A stretch of DNA of 53,738 nucleotides, taken from positions 1-53,738 of the forward strand of contig CAYUPY010000004.1 of NCBI GenBank assembly GCA_964446595.1, in the 5' to 3' direction. The stretch is from an uncultured Candidatus Saccharibacteria bacterium (lineage in GTDB: Bacteria; Patescibacteriota; Dojkabacteria; J137; JAEUSD01). The position numbers were made by a program, and so were the translations under genes. The notes below the pieces were generated by a model. It searched no databases. It was not told the origin of the DNA and was given only the letters and a program-made list of their open reading frames with translations. This document shows positions 27,839 through 35,988 of this stretch, in pieces (the stretch's first letter is position 1; each line of letters begins with the position of its first letter).

Positions 27839-29593
27839 ATGTCTGCAACTGTCCGCTATCAAAAATATCTATTGCAAACAGCTTCAGGTAAGGAGATCCT
27901 GAATACAGATTTTCAGGAAACTACATTGTCTTTACCAAAAGAGCATTTGGTACAGGCTATTCGTGATCTAGCCCATTTTTCAGGGACGGCTGAGAAGGAG
28001 TACGACTACAAGAGTCTGGTAGAAATAGCCACTAGTCAAGACGTTATAAAAATTGAGCGTGATTATAAGAGACAGATTTCCAATCTAACCTCAAAAAAAC
28101 AGACAGATCCTAACTTCTTTTGGCTTCCTGATGATATTGCAGAACATACTGTCGATGATCGTAACCCATTCGTACTGTTTCCTTTACCGGCCGCGCAGTT
28201 AAAAGATTCGATTGCCAAAACATTACCAAAAATAAAGGATGACGCAACCTCTGGGGGAAGCTCTGATCAGTACACTTCGGTAGCACAAATAGAACAAAGA
28301 TTAGAGGAAATTGGAGCGGGAAACCTAACCGAACTGGCCAATACGGAAAACGAAATCAACCAAATAGAGAGTCGATTGGCTAAGCAACGAGAGGTAGATG
28401 AAGCACAGTTATCAGTTTCTGATTTGGAAAACAAAATGGAGGAGGTGAAAAGGACCTTAGTAGATGTAGAGGATTTGGTGAAGGCCCAGGCTCAAGTACA
28501 AGAAAGATTGAAAAAATATTCACCAATGTTAGGTGATGGGGTGCTAGATCAAGCTAAAAAATTGAAGAGTGAAATTGAGCAGGTTAGACAGCAAAAGTTA
28601 CAGTATGAGGCTGAGTTGATGGAGGAAATTGCAGTTCCTGATGAAGATAGAGAGAAGCGTACTGGTAAACCTAAATTCGCTAAAGTGCTACTAGTGTTAC
28701 CTTTGGTGTTGATTGCATTAAGTGTTGTCGGTTACTTTTTGACAGAGAATTTGTTTATTTTGGCGCTTGGTTTTACCGGTGGGATAGTTGAATCACTGTT
28801 GTTTTTAGCTATAAATTCTGTTGAGCCTGAAATAGATGTAGATGCTGATTTAATAAAGCCCCGTGCCGAACAAAGATTAAAGAAGAATTTACAACTCGAT
28901 GAAGATCGAATGCAAAAAGTCCAACAATTTTTTCTGCAAAAGGCTTGGGCAGTTGTATTAAGGCAGGAAGTGGCCGAATTACAAGCAGTAATTCATGATC
29001 GACTCGCAGGTCAGGATGTGCAAAAAATCCAGACTGCTAAAAGTGAAATTGAGGCTGAGCTTGGAAAGGTCCAAATGTTGATTAAAGGACATGAAAGAAA
29101 TGATATTCCTCCCGAGGAATACTTAAAATTACGCCGCCGCTTAGATATGTTGAAAGTAGAAAAGAGCAAACTGGAGAACGAAATGGCTAAATTGGATAAT
29201 CAGGCCGAGATTACTGAGCTGCGCCAAAAATTGGTGGACTTAAAAGAAAGAGAAGAGCTGGCGCAGCGCTACACTTTACCTGCAGATCTTAAATATCAGT
29301 TTATTGCCAAATTAACGGATAGCTATTTAGGAGCCACAATCGATAAGGGGCAGTTGTGGCTATTTAGCAAGCAAGAAGGGAAGTGGATTACTGCAGAATT
29401 AGATCGAGAAGACTTGTTCTCTATCTATGTGTATGTAAATTTATTGTATTGGGAGAGTGAAAAGTCTTTACCAATGGTACTTGCAGATATCCTCACCAAA
29501 GTGCCTCCTAGAGCAAAACCGGTAATTGATGCTAAGATAAAGAGTCTAGCAGAAGTGGGTCAAATCATATCGATTGATCCGACTGAAGAATAA
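27839..29593 (+). CDS. Coiled-coil protein with central TM hairpin (degenerate YhaN/SMC-like)
   Basis: Long heptad regions around two TMs; C-terminal LPMVLADIL..GQII resembles a decayed Walker B/H-loop; no Walker A. Confidence 0.55.
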   Translation: MSATVRYQKYLLQTASGKEILNTDFQETTLSLPKEHLVQAIRDLAHFSGTAEKEYDYKSLVEIATSQDVIKIERDYKRQISNLTSKKQTDPNFFWLPDDIAEHTVDDRNPFVLFPLPAAQLKDSIAKTLPKIKDDATSGGSSDQYTSVAQIEQRLEEIGAGNLTELANTENEINQIESRLAKQREVDEAQLSVSDLENKMEEVKRTLVDVEDLVKAQAQVQERLKKYSPMLGDGVLDQAKKLKSEIEQVRQQKLQYEAELMEEIAVPDEDREKRTGKPKFAKVLLVLPLVLIALSVVGYFLTENLFILALGFTGGIVESLLFLAINSVEPEIDVDADLIKPRAEQRLKKNLQLDEDRMQKVQQFFLQKAWAVVLRQEVAELQAVIHDRLAGQDVQKIQTAKSEIEAELGKVQMLIKGHERNDIPPEEYLKLRRRLDMLKVEKSKLENEMAKLDNQAEITELRQKLVDLKEREELAQRYTLPADLKYQFIAKLTDSYLGATIDKGQLWLFSKQEGKWITAELDREDLFSIYVYVNLLYWESEKSLPMVLADILTKVPPRAKPVIDAKIKSLAEVGQIISIDPTEE

Positions 29594-29622
29594 TAACTAG
29601 ACTTGCCTTTTAACTAAATTGC

Positions 29623-31404
29623 ATGCGTTCAAAACTTAATCTGCTCAAAAAACACGCACTGATTTTTTTCGCCTTTCTGGTTCTCGCAACTGCTGTGGTG
29701 CCACTGCAAGCCGTCTCTGCTTCCCCAGCTGATGAAATTAGAGAGAGAATCAAACAAGAAGAAGAAAAGTTAGCTAAAACTCAAAAAGAATTAAGCGATG
29801 CAGAGAAAAAGTTAGCTGGCTTAGAAGGTGAATTAAATTCCGTACAAGGGGAACTTCCTAGATTAGAACTTGAGATTGAAAAGCTAGAAACCCAAATTGC
29901 TTATAATAAGCTACAGATGCAAATCCTGGCTGAGAGTGAGCAGGTAACAAAATTGGTAAAGCAGGATCAAGAGACTGTGAGAAAGCAATTGCTACAATCT
30001 GCTTACTCCAATTGGAAGTTGCAAGCAGATGTGAATAGATTTATGCCGGTGGCCGAGGGTGTAAATAGCTTAAAAGAAGTCCATTATCAAACTAGATTAA
30101 TCTCAGGACAGAACAATACAATTAGTGAGCTACAGGCCAATATTGAGGAATTGGTGGCAGATATTGAGGATTTCCGCGAAAATACGGTCGGTTTGGAAAA
30201 GCGAAACAAGGAGTTAAAGGAGAAGAAGAAAGAAGTCCTTGCCCAAATTGCGGCTATAAGGGGATCGGTTGATTCTGCTGTAGGTGTGGTAGCAGGTCTG
30301 CAGAGTAATAGGCAAAGTATTGAACAAGAAATTAGTCAGTTAAATGCAAGACAGAAGGCAATTGAGGAAGAAGAGGCTCGAAAAACGGAAGAATCTAATC
30401 AAAGTAATCAGCAAGTAGAGATAGCAAGTGGTGAGTTTTATTTTGAGTCATACGGCAGAGATCTTTATCAAGGGCATGGAGTAGGTATGTCTCAGTATGG
30501 GGCGAAAGGTATGGCTGCGGCGGGCAAGCAGGCAGAGGAAATTGTTACTTTCTACTTCAAAAACACGACAATTGGGACTACCAATAGTAGTGTTAATGTT
30601 CAGGGCTACGGCTCGATGTCCGCAGACGACTACGTAGCTGGTCTAGGAGAAGTGCCAGACAAAGCCTGTGGAACAACAGCTCAAGCGGCCGAGAATCCAG
30701 CAAAATATGTTCCCGATAACCCCAATACGATTTGGGATTGTTGGCCTGAGGAGGCGATTAAGGCTCAAGTAATTGCAGCGAGAACTTACGCTGTGGACTA
30801 CAATCGCCGTTATGGCAGAGCAATTTGTACCACTGCTGCTTGTCAGGTATATGCAGGTGGAAATGGTAAGCGTTGGGCCGCACAGGAAACTGCTGGAAAG
30901 GTAATCCTCTATAATGGACAAGTTATAGAAGCTCTTTATTCTTCAGATAATAATCAGGGATTTGGTACAGCCAACAACGATACTAGGTGGTCTAACTTTA
31001 GTGGTGATGGAACCGCCGTGCCTTATTTAAGGCATGTTAATGACACGGCTTATTCCCAAGGTCCCTACACGAATTTCCGCGCTGTAACTGATGGGTTTAA
31101 AATGGGGGATGTAAAAAAGATGTTACATTATAGAGACCCAAGCTCTAGTCTTAACGGGAACGGCGCATATACCTTCTTTAATGGAATTCTGAGTGAGGTT
31201 GGGAACATTGCCAATCTGGAGTTTGCCCGTGATCCATCCCAAAGAGTGAAAAAAGTGGTGGTAGTAGGTGAAAATGGTGCGAGAAGAACAATAGCAGGAT
31301 GGCTATTTAAATCTGCATGGAATGATTGGGTTTATGGAACCAAGGCTGCCAACCAGAGAGACTACATCTACAGTCAGACCTTCTTTATGCGTCAGAAAAA
31401 TTAG
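29623..31404 (+). CDS. Secreted coiled-coil + SpoIID/LytB-domain peptidoglycan lytic enzyme
   Basis: Signal peptide, PcsB-like coiled coil, GHGVGMSQYGAKGMA, LGEVP, EAIKAQVIAARTYA, CTTAACQVY, PYL. Confidence 0.88.
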   Translation: MRSKLNLLKKHALIFFAFLVLATAVVPLQAVSASPADEIRERIKQEEEKLAKTQKELSDAEKKLAGLEGELNSVQGELPRLELEIEKLETQIAYNKLQMQILAESEQVTKLVKQDQETVRKQLLQSAYSNWKLQADVNRFMPVAEGVNSLKEVHYQTRLISGQNNTISELQANIEELVADIEDFRENTVGLEKRNKELKEKKKEVLAQIAAIRGSVDSAVGVVAGLQSNRQSIEQEISQLNARQKAIEEEEARKTEESNQSNQQVEIASGEFYFESYGRDLYQGHGVGMSQYGAKGMAAAGKQAEEIVTFYFKNTTIGTTNSSVNVQGYGSMSADDYVAGLGEVPDKACGTTAQAAENPAKYVPDNPNTIWDCWPEEAIKAQVIAARTYAVDYNRRYGRAICTTAACQVYAGGNGKRWAAQETAGKVILYNGQVIEALYSSDNNQGFGTANNDTRWSNFSGDGTAVPYLRHVNDTAYSQGPYTNFRAVTDGFKMGDVKKMLHYRDPSSSLNGNGAYTFFNGILSEVGNIANLEFARDPSQRVKKVVVVGENGARRTIAGWLFKSAWNDWVYGTKAANQRDYIYSQTFFMRQKN

Positions 31405-31451
31405 CACTTTTATGTTATAATTCGATATATAAGCGCATCTATAGTCACTAC

Positions 31452-32105
31452 ATGGCAGAAGTAAAAAATTCCCCGGTTCTTTCTCGCCAGGAATGGGAAA
31501 AATTGAAGCAGCAAGAAGCAATTGACGATATTATTGAAAAGGAAGAAGGTTCTGATTGGCGAGGTTTAGTGTTCAAGCCTCACAATGTTTACTTTAGTAC
31601 TCAAAACAGAGGCGAGCAGGTATATATTCTGTTAAGGAAGCATTTTATTACTAATTTTGGCTGGATTAGCAGTACTGCAATATATAGTACGTTCCCTTTA
31701 ATTTTGGGGTTGGTTTTAACGCTTTTTAGAGTGGATCTTTTTGGGTTATTTGGGTTTAGGTTGGTATTTATATTATTAGCTGTATATTACTCAGTATTGT
31801 TGACAGGAGCGATTAGAAACTTTGTTAATTGGTACTTTAATCTATACATTGTCACAAACGAGCGAGTAATGGACTACAGGTTTAGAGCTTTCATTTCTAA
31901 ATCTGTAGCGGAATCGCCCTTAGAAGCATTACAAGATGTGAGAGAAATTAGCGTAGGATTCTTACCTAGTTTATTAAATTACGGGGATGTATCAATGTAC
32001 AGTGCAGCTGATAAGACTGTTATTACGTTCAACGATGTTCCGAATCCTTCTTTAGTGAGGGATAAGATTTCAGATTTAGCTAAGATTGCCAAGAACAATA
32101 ATTAA
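31452..32105 (+). CDS. Membrane protein with bacterial PH (bPH_2)-like domain
   Basis: LRKHFI, two TM, WYFNLYIVTNERV, LLNYGDV, FNDVPNP. Start moved to ATG 31452 to avoid overlap with the upstream gene. Confidence 0.78.
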   Translation: MAEVKNSPVLSRQEWEKLKQQEAIDDIIEKEEGSDWRGLVFKPHNVYFSTQNRGEQVYILLRKHFITNFGWISSTAIYSTFPLILGLVLTLFRVDLFGLFGFRLVFILLAVYYSVLLTGAIRNFVNWYFNLYIVTNERVMDYRFRAFISKSVAESPLEALQDVREISVGFLPSLLNYGDVSMYSAADKTVITFNDVPNPSLVRDKISDLAKIAKNNN

Positions 32106-32106
32106 T

Positions 32107-32343
32107 ATGATAGCTAACTTACCAGAATTTGGAGCACTGATCGGTGAAGAAATGTTTCTTTTCATAAAGGTGGTGGCTGCCATTTTAGCCATGGTGCATT
32201 TGTTGATAGGTCTGGTACTATTCCAACAAATAGCTGCTGTTAATAGGATGATACATGCACCACACGGTAGGATTGTTACAGCTGTCGGACTCGTGCACAT
32301 TTTGTTATTAACCGCTATACTGTTATTGATAGTTTTTTATTAA
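32107..32343 (+). CDS. Small two-TM hypothetical protein
   Basis: Hydrophobic, fills the gap in the operon; ATG just after the upstream stop. Confidence 0.7.
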   Translation: MIANLPEFGALIGEEMFLFIKVVAAILAMVHLLIGLVLFQQIAAVNRMIHAPHGRIVTAVGLVHILLLTAILLLIVFY

Positions 32344-32358
32344 ACTGTTCTGCCTTTT

Positions 32359-34818
32359 ATGCACAAGATTGACACCGACTACAAAGTGGGGAGTCCAACC
32401 GCCCGATCTTGGGCCGGTATTTATGGCTATCGCCCCGAAAACCTTCTAGAGGATGAAGAAGCAGGTATGTTGCTTGCCACGATTAGTATGGGGAGTGAGA
32501 TCGACTTTGATTTAGCTAATATTGCGGCTTTATTACAAGATGAACTCCAAGACAAATACTATAGTGCGGCCAAAACTGCTCCTAGCAATATAGCAGCGCT
32601 GGAAACTGCTCTTAAGGCTATGCGAACAAGGTTAGAAGATATTCTACACCGAGAACCAGAGTTAGCTAAAACAGGAATAGACTTAGAAATAGCCGTGGTA
32701 GTGATCAAAGATAACTTGCTTTGTGCGGCAGTTGTAGGAGAGTCTAAAATATATGTTCGTCGAGGAGATGAAATGCATGAGATATCCAACGCACTAATTG
32801 ATCCCGACCTTAGTGGTTATATGTTCACAGGTAGCTTACAACTTCAGGAAGATGATCGTGTTCTCCTTTCCACACATAAAGTTCCACAGCATAACTCTTT
32901 AAAGGCTCTGGAAGAACAAATGGGTGGTTTTTCAATACAAAATTTGGCAGTAAAAGGAGGAGCAGCTTTATTGGCTGGTTATGAGCTAAACTGGGAAGAG
33001 ATTGAGGCAGTAGAACTTGCAGTAAGAGAGGCTGAAGAGGCCGAACAGATGGCCATACAGCGTCGCCAGGAGATTATAGATGCACAGCAAAAACAAGCAG
33101 CACTTCTAGAGGGGAAAGAAGAGGAGACTGAAATATATACGCCCGAGACACAAATTATTCCGGTAACTCCAGACCAGGCTGAGGTTGAACCACAAGACCT
33201 AGAAATTGAAGTTACCACAGCAGAGATTGAGCGTGAAGACCGTGAAACAAGATTTTCCGATCATGAAAAAAGTGTTCCACCCAAGGAAAAAGTGGAAAAA
33301 AGAGACTATATTGGTGAGGCACGGGAGCGTTTGGCCCCAGCCCTGCTTGCAACGCGTGAAACGGCAGGTAATTTGTTCCAAACAGTTAAGGAAAAGAGTT
33401 TTGAATTACGCACACAGCTGCAAGAGTCGGGTATTCTGGAAACATTAGCTAAAAATATTAAAGAATTCCTCCAAAAGGCAAAAGAAGTGGCCCAAGGAGT
33501 GTATCAAAACCTAGCTAACGGACAACCCGGTGATCGGTATAGTAGAAGGATACCAGTGCGGGGAGGACGTGGTGGCGGCGGCCTAATTGGCCGTATACAG
33601 GGCGTTATAGCAGGGAACGGTGGTAATCAGCGAAGTAGGTACCTAATTGCCGCCGCTGCCATCCTGGTTGTAGTAATAGGCGTGGGAATCAATCGCTCAT
33701 TAGAAGCACGGAGAATTCAAACCGAAATAGATCAGCTAACGGAACAAACAGAAAGTCTAGAATCACAATTTGTAGAAATAAGAGCAAACGCAACTGCCGC
33801 TGCATTAAGTAATGATCCGAATCGAAGAGGCGAGGTGTTAGGAGCTTTGGACGATCTGCGCGGTGATTTAGATTCATTACAGGCTAATGAACTTATCACT
33901 GAGGATTTGCAAGCTCGTTTAAGTGACATAATGGCTGAGACCTCTACTGCAGAAGACCAGGCATTGAAAATCAGATCATTTACTCAACCAGCATTAATTA
34001 CAGACCTAGCTACTGAATTTCAAGACGTAGAAGCAAGCGGCGTTGCAAGTAGTGGTAGTCAAATTTTTGTGACAGACAAAGGTAGAGATGTTGTTTACAG
34101 CCTTACCAATAACTTGGGCAGTCAGGTAGAGATCCTAAACGATGATCTAGTTGAGCCATATCTAATTCAAACAACACCAGACGGCAACCTTGTAGTATTT
34201 GACCGAAATGAGGAAAGCGTAATCGCAAACATTAACGCTGATTCTGGTGAGCTAACCAGACAGATAGGTCTTTCGCCTGAATCCCAAGGGGAAGTAACCA
34301 CAATGGATGTTTGGTCAAATGGATTCTTATACGCAATTAGTCCTGAGAGACAGGCCCTCGTAAGACAACCAGATGTTTCGGGTTCTTTCCAAATTCCTGA
34401 CTACAATAATCCATGGAGAAGAGATCCGGATTTTGGAAGGGCTGTGGACATGGTGGTAGACTATTGGATTTACGTAATTATAGACGGGCAAGGGTTAAAG
34501 CGCTATTTAAGTGGAGAACCAAGCCCAGTAACTATCCAAGGCTTACTACCTGAAGATAAGGCTGCGCTGACTAATGCAACTGCTGTAGCAGCTACTGAAA
34601 GGAGAATTTATGTTGCCGATCCAAATAATAGACGCATTATCTCTTTTGTAAAGGATTTAAATGACGAAAATTTAATCCTATATGAAGGACAGTACAAATA
34701 TAGAGGTGACTCAAATGTGTTCGCAGAGATTTCAGATATAGTAGTAACTGATAGTGAAAACCAGATAATTGTGCTTGATGGCAATCGGGTGATTCGATTA
34801 GACGTAGCTACTTTCTAA
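32359..34818 (+). CDS. Single-pass protein: degenerate PP2C-like domain, helical linker, TM, coiled coil, NHL-like beta-propeller
   Basis: AAVVGESKIYVRRG, LQEDDRVLLST; C-terminal IFVTD, IYVADPNNRRI, IIVLDGNRV blades. Confidence 0.7.
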   Translation: MHKIDTDYKVGSPTARSWAGIYGYRPENLLEDEEAGMLLATISMGSEIDFDLANIAALLQDELQDKYYSAAKTAPSNIAALETALKAMRTRLEDILHREPELAKTGIDLEIAVVVIKDNLLCAAVVGESKIYVRRGDEMHEISNALIDPDLSGYMFTGSLQLQEDDRVLLSTHKVPQHNSLKALEEQMGGFSIQNLAVKGGAALLAGYELNWEEIEAVELAVREAEEAEQMAIQRRQEIIDAQQKQAALLEGKEEETEIYTPETQIIPVTPDQAEVEPQDLEIEVTTAEIEREDRETRFSDHEKSVPPKEKVEKRDYIGEARERLAPALLATRETAGNLFQTVKEKSFELRTQLQESGILETLAKNIKEFLQKAKEVAQGVYQNLANGQPGDRYSRRIPVRGGRGGGGLIGRIQGVIAGNGGNQRSRYLIAAAAILVVVIGVGINRSLEARRIQTEIDQLTEQTESLESQFVEIRANATAAALSNDPNRRGEVLGALDDLRGDLDSLQANELITEDLQARLSDIMAETSTAEDQALKIRSFTQPALITDLATEFQDVEASGVASSGSQIFVTDKGRDVVYSLTNNLGSQVEILNDDLVEPYLIQTTPDGNLVVFDRNEESVIANINADSGELTRQIGLSPESQGEVTTMDVWSNGFLYAISPERQALVRQPDVSGSFQIPDYNNPWRRDPDFGRAVDMVVDYWIYVIIDGQGLKRYLSGEPSPVTIQGLLPEDKAALTNATAVAATERRIYVADPNNRRIISFVKDLNDENLILYEGQYKYRGDSNVFAEISDIVVTDSENQIIVLDGNRVIRLDVATF

Positions 34819-34854
34819 TAAAAACTTTACATCCCATGCTAAACTAACGCCATT

Positions 34855-35310
34855 ATGGCGCAGACGCTTTTCTCAAACAAAAGGGCCCTACATGATTATA
34901 AGGTTGTCGAGCAGCTGGAGGTAGGTATTGCTTTACAAGGGTGGGAAGTAAAATCTCTAAAACAAGGTATGGCAGACTTAAGGGGAGCCTTTGTAATATC
35001 AGATTTAAATGGTAACCTGGTTTTGAAAAATGCCAATATTCCAGCCTGGAAGACCGGTTTGCCCAAAAAGGACGAAGAGAAAAAACGAGATCGACTGTTA
35101 CTTTTACATAAAAGAGAACTAAAGAAATTTGCGGGACTATTAATGAGGCCAGGGTATACTGCAATACCTGCGAGTTTCTATGTTAACAATAGAGGGTTAG
35201 TTAAAATGCAGCTAGCAATAGTGACAGGTAAAAAGAAATATGAGAAGAAACAGGTCGCAAAAGAGAAAGACTTGCGCCGCAGACAACAGCGGGAACTAAA
35301 AGGGTGGTAA
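34855..35310 (+). CDS. smpB: SsrA-binding protein SmpB
   Basis: NKRALHDY, GIALQGWEVKSL, RLLLLHKRE, GKKKYEK. Confidence 0.96.
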   Translation: MAQTLFSNKRALHDYKVVEQLEVGIALQGWEVKSLKQGMADLRGAFVISDLNGNLVLKNANIPAWKTGLPKKDEEKKRDRLLLLHKRELKKFAGLLMRPGYTAIPASFYVNNRGLVKMQLAIVTGKKKYEKKQVAKEKDLRRRQQRELKGW

Positions 35311-35366
35311 AATAAATTACATAATATATACCAAAATTGTCGTATATATTTATGCTATAATATAAA

Positions 35367-35972
35367 GTGATGCAATCTCAGCAGCAACAAAACCAAAATT
35401 CAAATCCCCAAGTTCAAAGCTGGTCGTCGGCAATGGTTGCAGGCCAGGGTATACCCCAGCCCAGCGGTACTGACGAAAATGGACAGCCTTACTGGATAGT
35501 AAATGATCGCCGCATTAGCTGGCAGCAAATGCAGCAATATATCTGGCAAGCTCGGCAGCAGGTGCAAGCTCAAATGGGCAGCGGAGGCGGCGGGTTTGAA
35601 TCAATGCCTGCAATGCCTTCTGCACAACATTTTGAGCACTATGGTCAGCCAGAAACAAGTGTTGAAACAATTAAAGGACTAGATCGTAAAATAGAATCTC
35701 CAGAAAGTGGACTAGAAACAAAAGCTGAGCAACTCGGAAATCAAAATACCTCGACTCAGGCACAGAACACTAAACCTGAAAAACCAAAAATGGATTCAGT
35801 GCTAGGGCAGTCTGCGGAACTAAAAACTGTACGCGCAGATGACCTTGATTCTATGAAAAACTTCTATCAAGCAAATAACCAAAATCCTGGGAAAGGACAA
35901 GACTTGGCGGACACCTATTTGGCAGAGTTATTTGGTAAAATATTGCGTCGCCTAATTTACGTAGGTCGTTAA
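35367..35972 (+). CDS. Gln-rich, largely disordered hypothetical protein
   Basis: 201 aa ORF, TGnTATAAT 5 nt upstream of GTG; 16 nt upstream of the VirD4-like gene. Confidence 0.7.
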   Translation: MMQSQQQQNQNSNPQVQSWSSAMVAGQGIPQPSGTDENGQPYWIVNDRRISWQQMQQYIWQARQQVQAQMGSGGGGFESMPAMPSAQHFEHYGQPETSVETIKGLDRKIESPESGLETKAEQLGNQNTSTQAQNTKPEKPKMDSVLGQSAELKTVRADDLDSMKNFYQANNQNPGKGQDLADTYLAELFGKILRRLIYVGR

Positions 35973-35988
35973 GGGCCTGTATATACAA

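Noticed and set aside
31326-31451. N-terminal extension of the bPH ORF in the supplied track
   Set aside because: It overlaps the SpoIID gene end, and a TATAAT lies within it; ATG 31452 is more plausible.
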